Source: Candidatus Jordarchaeales archaeon
Lineage (GTDB): Archaea; Asgardarchaeota; Jordiarchaeia; Jordiarchaeales; Freyrarchaeaceae
Assembly: GCA_038858525.1 (NCBI GenBank)
Contig: JAWCFL010000006.1
Coordinates: forward strand, 3,442-67,441
Direction of reading: 5' to 3'
Length of the DNA stretch: 64,000 nucleotides
In this document: in pieces, positions 20,148 to 29,980 of the stretch
Position numbering within the stretch: position 1 is the first letter of the stretch
Layout of the letters: the number at the start of each line of letters is the position of its first letter
Notes under the pieces: generated by a model
Told to the model about the DNA's origin: nothing
The model's database searches: none
The model's input: the letters and a program-made list of their open reading frames with translations, nothing else
Program-made: the position numbers and the translations under genes

Positions 20148-21164
20148 TTGACCGAGTTGAGGCGTGACTATCTGGCTGAAAGATGGGTTGTGATCGCTAG
20201 GGAAAGAGCTATGCGCCCCTCAGACCTTAAAGTTGAAGGAATACACCAGTCTCCAAGTAGTATTTGCCCCTTCTGCCCGGGGAACGAGCACATGACTCTT
20301 CCTGCCACACTCCTTTACTTGGAGAGGGACGGTGAGCTGGTTGTTAAGGCTGAAAGTGACAGTGAAAGGTTGAAGGGTTGGCTCGTCCGCGTAATTCCCA
20401 ACATGTACCCTGCCTTAAGGCCCAACGTAAACCCCGCTAGGCATTGTGAGGGATTCATGGTTCGTGTCGGAGGGATGGGTGCACATGAAGTTATAATTGA
20501 AACACCGGAGCATGATACTCAATTTTGCGACTTAAGTGACCGCCAATTGTTTTTAGTTTTTAAGGCGTATACTGAAAGGTTCAAGGCTCTGGCATCTCTT
20601 CCCCACGTAAAATATGTGAGCCTCTTCAGAAATTATGGTAAAGAAGCTGGAGCAAGCCTCTCGCACCCTCACTCTCAAATAATCGCCACACCTATAATTC
20701 CGCCTAGAATATCAGAGGAAACGGCGTCGTTTAAGGAGCGATGGAATGGTTCCTCATGCATCCTTGATGAGGTTCTTGAGCAAGAAGCCAGCTCGGAAAG
20801 GTTTGTGGACGAGAACGAGTTTGCGGTAGCCTTCTGCCCTTACGCTCCTATCGCTCCATTCGAAGTTTGGGTCGTCCCAAAAAGGCACATTAAAAACATA
20901 CTTGAACTTTCCGAAAAAGAGATGCTCTCCTTTGCACGTCTAACCAGAAAGGTGCTGAAGGCAATACACATTATCCTTAATGACCCACCGTACAATTACA
21001 CTTTCCACCAGTCCATCCTTGACGAGGAGTATCACATGCATCTGCGGGTTCTCCCAAGACTTTCAATCTTCGCAGGCTTCGAATTTAACACTGGCATAGT
21101 AATAAACACAATTCCTCCCGAAGAAGCAGCCTCCCAAATAGGGGGAGTCATGAAAGAAATATAG
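20148..21164 (+). CDS. galT: Galactose-1-phosphate uridylyltransferase-like (GalT / HIT superfamily) nucleotidyltransferase
   Basis: CPFCPGNE zinc motif, the SHPHSQI active-site motif (HxHxQ), and 338 aa. Confidence 0.7.
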   Translation: MTELRRDYLAERWVVIARERAMRPSDLKVEGIHQSPSSICPFCPGNEHMTLPATLLYLERDGELVVKAESDSERLKGWLVRVIPNMYPALRPNVNPARHCEGFMVRVGGMGAHEVIIETPEHDTQFCDLSDRQLFLVFKAYTERFKALASLPHVKYVSLFRNYGKEAGASLSHPHSQIIATPIIPPRISEETASFKERWNGSSCILDEVLEQEASSERFVDENEFAVAFCPYAPIAPFEVWVVPKRHIKNILELSEKEMLSFARLTRKVLKAIHIILNDPPYNYTFHQSILDEEYHMHLRVLPRLSIFAGFEFNTGIVINTIPPEEAASQIGGVMKEI

Positions 21165-21168
21165 CTTT

Positions 21169-22905
21169 TTAATCTTGAAGGAAGTTTCTGTCTGGGTCAA
21201 AGTACCGTAGCATCATGAGTTCTTTTATTGTGGGGCTTTCTGTCTCCTTTAAGTCTTCAGATATTTTAAGGCTCCACCCCGTCTCCGCCCTTATCTTCTC
21301 AATTATCTCTTTTCTTCCAAGCCCTTTCTGGGGGAAGTACTCCGTGAGAACAAATTCTTCATCTACTTTTTCAAAAACCCCTCTGGTCGTTACAAGCGTT
21401 GTAACGTTCCTTCCCGGCGCCGTCACATATGGTACTCTTTCGACAAGCCTCAGTGGAGAATGCTTCACTAGAACAATCACTTCCTCGGCGGTTGATGCTA
21501 CGTCATTAGCACCGCCTGAGCCAACCAGATACGTTACCCCCGGTATCAATGTGGAGTTTATGTTTCCATACTTGTCAACTTGACCGGCTCCTAAAACCCC
21601 CATGCTTTTATTGTTCTCCCTTCCCATAATTGCCCCAAGAACTTGCATGGAGCCTAGCAGACCCTTACATGTAGGAATATTAGCCATGTTAAACACAAAC
21701 GGGTTTGCTGGACGAGGCAAGTAACCATAAAAGCCGATCTCCGCCACCAAGTCAACTGGGTAACCTTTCTCCTTAAGTGCATACGTAGCTATCCAAGCGG
21801 CAAGGTTTGCGCCCCCTATACCTGCCAGTATAATTCTGTAACCTTTCTTAGCGCACTTCTCAGCTATTTTTCTCGCTCCTACAAGTATCATTCTTTCGAC
21901 GCTTAGGGGCTCCTCGCTCCTAGATATTCGTTCCTCTTTTTCCTTCAACTCGCGCCTCCAGCCATCCTCCCTGGCTTTCCCGATAAGATAGAAAAGCCTT
22001 TCGAATCCAAGCTTCTTCAAGTATCCTTCATGGTCAACGCTCAGGACCCAATCTTCAACCCACTCGCTCAGCTTTTCCTCGCTCTCTGTCGCCTTTCTGA
22101 AATCAACTATGAAGTCGTAGTCTTCAGCGTAGCCTCCCCCCATATGTTCAGGGACGTAGAGAGCTGAAGGGTGCGCGCCGAAAGGCGCCTCTACGACGGC
22201 CTCTACGAGATATCCCGGAATACGTACAAGGTGGGCATGCCGTCTTATAAAGTCTTTTTCGACTATTCTCTCAACAGTTACTATCACACCTTTTTTGCTG
22301 GCGTAAGCCCCCCAAGGAATCACTCCCTCGCCTGACGGAGGAAACATTATGGTGTTCCCTTCACTATCAGCGCACCACCCATGATACACGGAGATGTCCG
22401 GCTTGATCGCCCTAACAACCCCCGTCTTTTTTCCAGTGAACGGATCCTCGATAAACTTAAACCCTTCATTTTCCGCCATGCTTGACCCGGCTATGGACCT
22501 TGTTGGCATAAAACCTAAATTAAGAGCTCCAGCCATGAGACCTTGACATATAGCCAAAAGAGACCAGTTCTCATATTTAACGCTACCATCGATATAGCTC
22601 CTCTGAACTATAGGCGATGGGGCAGGTGAAGGGTATATGTGGCCAGCATAAGATGTCACAACTTCCTTTACTAGTCCCCCACAAACTGGAAGCTCAATGT
22701 TTATTCCTCCGCCAGGTGTAACCAGTCTAAACCCTGTTTTTCTCCCCCAGAAAACCCTACACAGCTCGTAACAAAAGCAGTAGGACAAAGTGTGCGTGGC
22801 TCCGAGGTGAATGAGAAAACCAGGATTAACGAGTTTCTCCACAGCTTCTCTAATAGTCATAACTTTATTTACTCCCTCAAATTCCAAGTCAAATAAATTC
22901 AGCAA
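21169..22905 (-). CDS. Fused alpha/beta family I CoA-transferase (3-oxoacid/acetate CoA-transferase-like)
   Basis: At 578 aa it is twice the single-subunit size. Glycine-rich segments typical of CoA-transferase subunits A and B occur in one polypeptide. Confidence 0.55.
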   Translation of the reverse strand: MLNLFDLEFEGVNKVMTIREAVEKLVNPGFLIHLGATHTLSYCFCYELCRVFWGRKTGFRLVTPGGGINIELPVCGGLVKEVVTSYAGHIYPSPAPSPIVQRSYIDGSVKYENWSLLAICQGLMAGALNLGFMPTRSIAGSSMAENEGFKFIEDPFTGKKTGVVRAIKPDISVYHGWCADSEGNTIMFPPSGEGVIPWGAYASKKGVIVTVERIVEKDFIRRHAHLVRIPGYLVEAVVEAPFGAHPSALYVPEHMGGGYAEDYDFIVDFRKATESEEKLSEWVEDWVLSVDHEGYLKKLGFERLFYLIGKAREDGWRRELKEKEERISRSEEPLSVERMILVGARKIAEKCAKKGYRIILAGIGGANLAAWIATYALKEKGYPVDLVAEIGFYGYLPRPANPFVFNMANIPTCKGLLGSMQVLGAIMGRENNKSMGVLGAGQVDKYGNINSTLIPGVTYLVGSGGANDVASTAEEVIVLVKHSPLRLVERVPYVTAPGRNVTTLVTTRGVFEKVDEEFVLTEYFPQKGLGRKEIIEKIRAETGWSLKISEDLKETESPTIKELMMLRYFDPDRNFLQD

Positions 22906-23020
22906 TCGTAACGCCTCCCAAAAAGAACATCATTCCCTAAAAAAGTATCAAGTTCCTTCTCCAGATAAATCTCTATCAGTTTCTTTTGCACCAAAATTTA
23001 GAGACCAGCATCATTTCACG

Positions 23021-23335
23021 CTACACTCTGAAAACGCATTTACATGGATTCTGGCCACACCTAGGACATTTTCCCGGATACTTCTTCATGGCGGCTTCTT
23101 CGATGTCCACGTCCAATACATTAGCTAGCGACGCGAGCCAAGCAAAAACATCAGCGAACTCCTCCTCGATCTTGCTTTTATCTCCGCTTCTAATTGCACG
23201 CGCCAACTCGCCAACCTCACTGATAAGCCAAGCAAAGTTTCCGAGAACTCCTCTCTTAGAGTCATTCTCAAAGTACAAGTCATGCATTAGCTTCTGGAAT
23301 TCTCTAATCTCCAAAACAGAACCCTCCATCAACAC
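23021..23335 (-). CDS. MazG-like nucleotide pyrophosphohydrolase
   Basis: The EVGELARA...EEEFADVFAWLASLAN pattern is characteristic of MazG/NTP-PPase. 104 aa. Confidence 0.55.
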   Translation of the reverse strand: MLMEGSVLEIREFQKLMHDLYFENDSKRGVLGNFAWLISEVGELARAIRSGDKSKIEEEFADVFAWLASLANVLDVDIEEAAMKKYPGKCPRCGQNPCKCVFRV

Positions 23336-23547
23336 AATACCGATCTTTCCGCCATTTAACTCTTCATAGTCCTTTAATCATATTACTCCAGAGCGATTAT
23401 ACCGTTTCCTCTTATCGATAAGATAGCGTCGCCAACAAACCATCTTCGGGAAACAACCCCCTCAAAAAATAAACTACTAGTTGAAAGACACCATTAAAAA
23501 TACAGTACCCCCCATTAAGGGGGGCTTAACGTTATAAAAAGTATTAC

Positions 23548-24468
23548 TTATCCGAAAGCTTTCTCTAAAGGTGGAATTACCTCTTTTTTCCTTGACATAA
23601 CTCCTTCTAGGTAAACTGACCCGTCTTTGACTCTTTTTCCGAAGGCCTTCTCCACCACATCGATCCTTTCGCCCACTGCTAAAAGCTCCGTTCCCTCCTT
23701 TATAATGTCCGTAAGCATCATGAGGATCAAACCGTATTTTCCTTCGCTTCTCTTTCTCTCCATTTCTTCAAGGATCTCCTTTTTCCGCTCTAGCGCCTCT
23801 TGCAAGTCGAAGACTTCAACCTGGCCCACTCCAACCTTGACTCCCTTAAACTCGTAGTCTTTGAAGTCAGCCATCAAAATTTCTGAGGCAGTTTTACCCC
23901 TGAGGCTGGCTTTCGCTTTCTTAATTTCAATCCCGAATCTCTCCGGGTCAACTTTAACCATCTCCGCTAGTTTTAGCGCTACTTCCCTATCAACTGGAGT
24001 GCACGTAGCCGATTTGAAGACGACAGTGTCGGATAATATCGCGGCAAGCAGTATCCCTGCCACCTCGTAGGGGACCTTAATTCCCTTCTCAAAGTACTTT
24101 TTGGCCACTAGGGTTGCTGTTGAGCCGACTGGCTCAGCGTGGAACAGTATGGGCTCAGGATACTTAAAATCTATCTTGTGGTGGTCGAGCACCTCAAGTA
24201 TTTCGGCGTTCTCAACTCCATTGACAGCCTGTGCAAACTCGTTGTGGTCGACGAGTATAAGCTTCTTCCCCTTCGCATCCTTCAAGAGAGGCGGAACATT
24301 GACCTTAAAGTAGTTCAGAACGTATTCTGTTTCGGGGTTTATCTCATCAGCCCTAGCAGCCTCAGCGTTCACTCCCTCAACTTCCCTCTTAAACTTGGCA
24401 TAAGCTATGGCTGAACACACCGAGTCCGTGTCCGGAGCCTTATGCCCTACAACGTATACATCAGCCAC
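23548..24468 (-). CDS. ppaC: Manganese-dependent inorganic pyrophosphatase (family II, DHH-DHHA2)
   Basis: The N-terminus VYVVGHKAPDTDSVCSAIAYA is the DHH motif of family II PPases. 306 aa. Confidence 0.7.
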   Translation of the reverse strand: MADVYVVGHKAPDTDSVCSAIAYAKFKREVEGVNAEAARADEINPETEYVLNYFKVNVPPLLKDAKGKKLILVDHNEFAQAVNGVENAEILEVLDHHKIDFKYPEPILFHAEPVGSTATLVAKKYFEKGIKVPYEVAGILLAAILSDTVVFKSATCTPVDREVALKLAEMVKVDPERFGIEIKKAKASLRGKTASEILMADFKDYEFKGVKVGVGQVEVFDLQEALERKKEILEEMERKRSEGKYGLILMMLTDIIKEGTELLAVGERIDVVEKAFGKRVKDGSVYLEGVMSRKKEVIPPLEKAFG

Positions 24469-24527
24469 CTAAACTCCCCCTTAACAAATCTACCGAAGCA
24501 GTCCTTTTCACTACTATAAATCAATTT

Positions 24528-25994
24528 TCATCCGACAGAGGGCAGCCCAGCATAACATAGTCCTCGATTGATCCTTGTCTCGGCCTCGCCTTTAAGCTTA
24601 AGGGCCTTAATCATCTGAACCGCCTCCTCAACGGTGTGGGCGACTGGGACGCCGTTCAGCTCAAACCCCTCGACGATCATTTGGTATTTTTGAACCCAGG
24701 GAACGTAAGCTACAACGGGCTTCTTGTATTTTCTCACTATGTTTGCCGCTCTTCGGCCGAGCTGCATGCTTATGGTTGGTGGATATGGTAACATTAACAA
24801 TATGACCGCTTCGACTTTCTCGTTTTTCATCAAGTACTCCGCTACTTTTTCAACATCATTGTCCACTAAGCTACCTGTTAAGTCTATGGGGTTTCTCAGG
24901 CTTGCTATTGGAGCCGCTGAAGGGTTAAGAAGCCTCCTCATCTCCTCTTGCTCTTCCTCCGTGAATTCCACGAGGTTCAACCCGTACTTCGCGCATAGAT
25001 CAGAACATAGTACTCCATGTCCGCCCGATATGGTGAGGATCGCCACATCCCCCCTCCTTATTGAAGGAAGCCTGAATGAGAGCACCTTGCTGAACGTTAT
25101 AATCTCATACTCGTTTTCAGCCTCTATTATGCCCCATTGCTTGAATGCTGCTGATGCAATGCTGGAAGCCGTCATTACGGAGCCTGTATGGCTGGCGGTT
25201 GCCCGCCTCCCATATTCGCTTTTCCCAGCCTTAAAGACTACGACAGGCTTCTTCTCGAAGCATTCTGCTGCCTTTCTGAGGAACAGCGCTCCTTCTTTCT
25301 CCCTAAACCCTTCAAGGTAAATCGTTATAAGCTTCGTTCTCGGGTCGCTTTTAAAATACTCTAAGAGGACGTTCTCATCTATCACCGCCTTGTTTCCAAC
25401 ATTTATGGCGACCGAGACGCCTATTTTCCTCTCGGCATATTTGCTGAAGAACTGGTCTACTAGCACTCCTCCAGACTGGCTAATGACAGCAACGTTGCCA
25501 GGAGGGGGCGTAACAAGCCTCTCACTTGGAAGGAAGAACGTGTCAACGTAGGGCGGACTGTAAACTCCCACGCAGTTCGGCCCTATCACCGCCATGTCGT
25601 ATTTCTTCGCTATCCTAATAAGCTGATCCTGCCTTTTGACGCCTTCATCCCCAATCTCGGCAAACCCTCCCGAAACCACCACGGCACCCTTAACACCTAC
25701 CTCACCACACTCCTCCAGTATACCATTAACGGCTTCAGCATGCACACAAATAACCACTAAATCTATATTCTTCGGGACGTCCGAAACAGACCTGTAAAGC
25801 TCCCTGTCATCGAGTATTCCACCCCGAGGGTTAACTCCGAAAACTTCTACCTCCATTTCATGGAGGTTCTTTTGATATATCACTGTTCCGGGGCTCAACG
25901 GATTTATTTGCGAAACACCCACAACGCATAGGGTTCTAGGCTGAAAGACCGCCTTCAGATCCAAGTGTTCACCACCTCGAAGCCTAAGCATCAC
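24528..25994 (-). CDS. ADP-forming acetyl-CoA synthetase alpha-like protein with a CoA-binding domain (paralog 2)
   Basis: It shares architecture with 9729..11192 (CoA-binding N-terminus, HTGS phospho-His-like region). 488 aa. Confidence 0.6.
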   Translation of the reverse strand: MMLRLRGGEHLDLKAVFQPRTLCVVGVSQINPLSPGTVIYQKNLHEMEVEVFGVNPRGGILDDRELYRSVSDVPKNIDLVVICVHAEAVNGILEECGEVGVKGAVVVSGGFAEIGDEGVKRQDQLIRIAKKYDMAVIGPNCVGVYSPPYVDTFFLPSERLVTPPPGNVAVISQSGGVLVDQFFSKYAERKIGVSVAINVGNKAVIDENVLLEYFKSDPRTKLITIYLEGFREKEGALFLRKAAECFEKKPVVVFKAGKSEYGRRATASHTGSVMTASSIASAAFKQWGIIEAENEYEIITFSKVLSFRLPSIRRGDVAILTISGGHGVLCSDLCAKYGLNLVEFTEEEQEEMRRLLNPSAAPIASLRNPIDLTGSLVDNDVEKVAEYLMKNEKVEAVILLMLPYPPTISMQLGRRAANIVRKYKKPVVAYVPWVQKYQMIVEGFELNGVPVAHTVEEAVQMIKALKLKGEAETRINRGLCYAGLPSVG

Positions 25995-26052
25995 TCAGCG
26001 GAGCAGAAAATTAATTTTCCGTATTGAAACCATATTTAACGGTGTACCCCTC

Positions 26053-26787
26053 TTGCCCGCCGCGATCCTTGTCGGATGTTGTGGCTTCCCGACGGGAATG
26101 AAACGCTACGTGAAGGAATTCAAGGTGGCTGAAGTCCAAAAAACGTTCTATAAGCCCCCCTCACCTGAAACACTCAAAAAGTGGCGTGCCTCAGCTCCGG
26201 AGGAATTCGAATTTACAGTTAAAGCTTGGCAGATAATAACGCACCCACCCACTTCTCCAACCTATAGAAAGGCAGGACTAAAAATTAATTCATCATCCGA
26301 GACCGGCTTTTTTAGACCGACACGCGAAGTTTTTGATGCTTGGGAAAAGGTACGAGAGGTCTGCAGCATTCTTAAGGCGAAGGTATGCGTTTTTCAGACC
26401 CCACCCAGCTTTAAAGAGACCCAAGAAAATAGGAAAAACATGAAGGAGTTTTTCTCGTCGATCGACTCAGGCGGCGTCACACTCGCGTGGGAGCCTAGAG
26501 GATGGAGCTTGGAAACTGTTAGAAGCATCTGCGAAGAACTTAACTTAGTTCACGTCACAGACCCGTTCGCCTCGCCACCCGCCTTGGAGCGCGAAATAAT
26601 CTACTTCAGGCTTCACGGCTCTCCTCCAGGTGAAAGGCTCTATCGCTACCGCTACACCGAGAATGACCTTCGCCAGCTTGCTAGTAAAATAAAAGGGCTG
26701 AAAGGGAGAATCTATGTTCTCTTCAACAACATATGGATGCGTGACGACGCATTAGCCTTCACGCATGTTTTAGAGAAGCATGTCTAG
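26053..26787 (+). CDS. DUF72 (UPF0759) family protein
   Basis: The VGCCGF...YVKEFKVAEVQKTFY and WQIITH pattern is typical of DUF72 TIM-barrel proteins. Confidence 0.5.
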   Translation: MPAAILVGCCGFPTGMKRYVKEFKVAEVQKTFYKPPSPETLKKWRASAPEEFEFTVKAWQIITHPPTSPTYRKAGLKINSSSETGFFRPTREVFDAWEKVREVCSILKAKVCVFQTPPSFKETQENRKNMKEFFSSIDSGGVTLAWEPRGWSLETVRSICEELNLVHVTDPFASPPALEREIIYFRLHGSPPGERLYRYRYTENDLRQLASKIKGLKGRIYVLFNNIWMRDDALAFTHVLEKHV

Positions 26788-27026
26788 TGGCCCAGCACAT
26801 GCCTCCTTAACACCTTCTCGCCTGGACGATACTTTTCAGCGATTTCGACAAGCTTCTTGCAAATCTCGTTATGCTCAGGAGCGCACCTCTCTAACACTGA
26901 TTCTCCCTTAATCGCCACCGCAGTGTTCTCAACGACTCTGATTAGCTCCGTCGCCATCACACTGCAAACCCACACCAGGTCTCTTAAAATCTCTAAAACA
27001 GCTGTTTTAAATTCCTCGTCGCTCAT
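26784..27026 (-). CDS. Small hypothetical protein, translationally coupled to the upstream radical SAM gene
   Basis: It is an 80-aa ORF whose start overlaps the stop of 27023..28195. Confidence 0.3.
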   Translation of the reverse strand: MSDEEFKTAVLEILRDLVWVCSVMATELIRVVENTAVAIKGESVLERCAPEHNEICKKLVEIAEKYRPGEKVLRRHVLGH

Positions 27027-28195
27027 TCTTCACCACTCCAACTCAACTTAACTTGCTTTGGAGTGCAAGGCGTCGCACAAACCTTGCACTCTCCCCCACA
27101 ACTTTCAACAGGTATAAAATTTCCGTCTCTCTTCTTCACGGGGGGAAAACGAAACCCTTCACACTTGTCCCCTATCCAGAGATCCCTCATCCCCTCCATG
27201 CAGAGGCCATAAGTGGTCTTTGTACCCGACCTACTGATCAGGTCTCTTATCTGCTTGAGTTTTTCAAACCTGTATTTCCACTCTACAACATGGTATCCTG
27301 AAATAACACTTCCCCTAGCAAACAGCTTCTCGTACTTCTTGATGAGCCAATCTAACCCATTTTCCCTAAACCAGAAATACAAATACTCCTTATGGCTTAA
27401 CGAAGAGGCCCTTATCCCCACGAAGCTCCCTACTATGTGATCCACCTCCAGATCTAAGGCTAAACAAGTTAACTCCTTTATCTGCTCTGATCCATCAGTA
27501 AGGAAGGGCATGTGCGGGTCCTCCCTAAGAACAGTGAAAACCCCATGGTCCTTCGCTCTCATGATGCTTTTAATTCTCAAGTGTGGTGGAGGCGCGTTTG
27601 GCTCAAGAAGACGGGAAACCTCTTCATCCAATGTGTTAAGAGAAACCTGTAGGGCGAAAAACGGGAAACCCTCAACTACCCTAAGCATTCTAAGCGGCAC
27701 CTCTCCTTTCGTCACAAGGTAAAAGGGAACCCCTTCATCAACGAAAAACTCAGCCAGTTTAACTGTTAACTCGGCCAATTCACGTGTAGCCAGCGGGTCA
27801 CTTACCGGTGACATGTAGACTGGCTTCACGATACGGGCATTCTGCACAAACCGCCTGACTCTCTCAAAAATGCCCCTCCTTAGGAAGAAAACTCCATGAG
27901 GAGGAGAAGACGGCATAGCTCTCGCGTAACAGTAAACACATTCATGAGCACATCCATCCGTAATGTTGAGAGAATACCTGCTTCGCAAACACTCCATACC
28001 CGCAGTTTTAAGGGGCACTCCTCCAAATTTCCTCTCCACCTTCAAAACGGGCACCTGTTTCTTTCTCCTCCAATAACCTAGAAAGCACTCCGGGTGCCCC
28101 CCCAAACTAATGTTCCCGATTTTAACCGGCTTCTTCTCTATCCTTCCACCACAAACATAGCACTCATCAGGGACAAGCTTCCAAACCCAATTCAC
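27023..28195 (-). CDS. Radical SAM protein (SplB / DNA-repair-photolyase-like)
   Basis: CAHECVYCYA is a CxxxCxxC radical SAM cluster motif. 390 aa. Confidence 0.6.
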   Translation of the reverse strand: MNWVWKLVPDECYVCGGRIEKKPVKIGNISLGGHPECFLGYWRRKKQVPVLKVERKFGGVPLKTAGMECLRSRYSLNITDGCAHECVYCYARAMPSSPPHGVFFLRRGIFERVRRFVQNARIVKPVYMSPVSDPLATRELAELTVKLAEFFVDEGVPFYLVTKGEVPLRMLRVVEGFPFFALQVSLNTLDEEVSRLLEPNAPPPHLRIKSIMRAKDHGVFTVLREDPHMPFLTDGSEQIKELTCLALDLEVDHIVGSFVGIRASSLSHKEYLYFWFRENGLDWLIKKYEKLFARGSVISGYHVVEWKYRFEKLKQIRDLISRSGTKTTYGLCMEGMRDLWIGDKCEGFRFPPVKKRDGNFIPVESCGGECKVCATPCTPKQVKLSWSGEE

Positions 28196-28332
28196 TCAAC
28201 ACACCACCAATCAACTCTTAATAAATAATCAAAGGCTTCTTTTAAACCGTCGCCTACACATCTAACATCGACAAAAATCAGCATCCTGCAAGTGAGAATT
28301 TAAAACTCAAGAAAGGGGGGAAGGGAAGATGG

Positions 28333-29130
28333 CTAGTATATGTATGACTGAAACTCGATCTCGCTTCCTCTGCTTTCTTCTTTCGTTTCTTCAGCTTCTT
28401 CTCTGATTCCGTCATTTTCTATGGGCAAGTTAAGATATTTTTTAATGGTCTTCAAAAGCAACTTAGCTGCTTCCATATCGGTTTTTCCGGTTACGGCAAC
28501 TTTGCTATCAACTTTTGAGAGGAGGATCACTCCCTCGATTCCGTACTTTTCCTTTGCTATAACGGGAACCAAACCATTCGCTCCAACTATCTCGCCCTTA
28601 GGCATTCTTTCAAGCTTCTCAATTTCGGGAAATTCAAGCCCACCCGTACTCGTGAAGTACACCCTTCTCTCACCATTTTCGCAATCCGAGAGGTACCCTC
28701 CCAGCGTTATCAGAAACTTAACCTTGAAATCCGCCAGCAGCTTAGCTATTTGCTCAGATAGAGTGTATATTCCTGGAGCAGTCATCGGCTGGTCATCACC
28801 CGTAACAAGCAGAAGACTCCTTCCATCGGTATGGCTGTTCCAAACATAAACTTGAATCTGGGGCGGTCTCACGACACCATCCTCCACTATGACCATTGGC
28901 GGCATATCCGTGAACTCAACTTCAATTATCTTCTCCGCTTTCAAAGCTTCAATCAGCTTTCTGACCGTTAACGCCCCAACCTCCGTTATGTCTGGAAGGG
29001 CATGAACACACACAGCCTCCTCAAGCCCCCGCTTGGGCTTGACTTCCCTCACCGTTATTTCATACATATTTCTCACCATTTCCAGTGGAAATAAACCCAA
29101 ACTACCTAAATAACTTTTTAAAGTTTTCAA
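28333..29130 (-). CDS. PAC2-family (proteasome assembly chaperone-like) protein
   Basis: 265 aa. The LLVTGDDQP...ITLGGY pattern resembles archaeal PAC2/DUF75. Confidence 0.45.
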   Translation of the reverse strand: MKTLKSYLGSLGLFPLEMVRNMYEITVREVKPKRGLEEAVCVHALPDITEVGALTVRKLIEALKAEKIIEVEFTDMPPMVIVEDGVVRPPQIQVYVWNSHTDGRSLLLVTGDDQPMTAPGIYTLSEQIAKLLADFKVKFLITLGGYLSDCENGERRVYFTSTGGLEFPEIEKLERMPKGEIVGANGLVPVIAKEKYGIEGVILLSKVDSKVAVTGKTDMEAAKLLLKTIKKYLNLPIENDGIREEAEETKEESRGSEIEFQSYIY

Positions 29131-29449
29131 TATTTAAATTCACCTATTATCGAAGTATTATATTTATAACAAATTCAACCACAATAACTTAACCTGACTT
29201 TCAGCATTAAAAAAGGATATTTAAAAAATGACACTTTAAACAAAAATAGCGACATAATACTACCGGCAAACTAATACCACAAAGATTCACAGACCGCCAC
29301 CTCTTCCCCTGTGAGACTTAGCCTTCTAAAGTAGCATGTCCCCTTATCCATAATGTAAGGCCTCAATTACTCTCTCCCTCAACTTAAAACATTAAAAATA
29401 CAACAATTGTTAAAACTACTTTATCCTATTTGTGTATTCCAGGCTGAAT

Positions 29450-29980
29450 TTATATTGCAACATCCTCCACGAGATTAAGCTTCTTTATTACAGCTTTAGC
29501 GGCCAAGTCGAAAGCGGTATCAACGTTTACATTGTTCTTTGCGCTCGTCTCAACATGGTAAAGGATCCCGTGTTCATTCATAAACTTTTTAACGTCATCC
29601 TCATCCACTTTCCTATCTAAATCACATTTTGAGCCGACTAGAATCATAGGAATTTCGCCAGCGTTTTTCTTCGTCAGCTCAAGCCACTCCCTCAGGTTGA
29701 AGAAAGACTCCCTTCTAGAGACATCGTACACTAGTAGGGCAACGTTCGCCCCTTTGCAAAAATCGGGGAGTATCTCTCTGAACCTCTCCTCGCCACCAAA
29801 GTCCCATATCATTAAAGTGACATCGTCACCTCCAACTTTAAGTGTCTTCTTTTCAAAGCCGACGCCTATAGTCATCTTACCATCAAAGTAAGTTCCATCA
29901 CAATACCTCTTCACAAGCGTAGTTTTTCCAACGCCTCCATCTCCCTCCACAAGAACTTTAATTATGATCAACATACACAC
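29450..29980 (-). CDS. Ras/Rab-like small GTPase
   Basis: G1 is GDGGVGKTT, G2 is a Thr in TIGVGF, and G3 is WDFGGEERF, a DxxGQ variant in which the catalytic Gln is replaced by Glu. G4 is GSKCD and G5 is ETSAK. 176 aa. Confidence 0.7.
   Translation of the reverse strand: MCMLIIIKVLVEGDGGVGKTTLVKRYCDGTYFDGKMTIGVGFEKKTLKVGGDDVTLMIWDFGGEERFREILPDFCKGANVALLVYDVSRRESFFNLREWLELTKKNAGEIPMILVGSKCDLDRKVDEDDVKKFMNEHGILYHVETSAKNNVNVDTAFDLAAKAVIKKLNLVEDVAI

Noticed and set aside
24724-25320. 198-aa plus-strand ORF inside the acetyl-CoA synthetase-like gene
   Set aside because: It is antisense to a strongly supported CDS and is Ser/Ala-rich and low-complexity.
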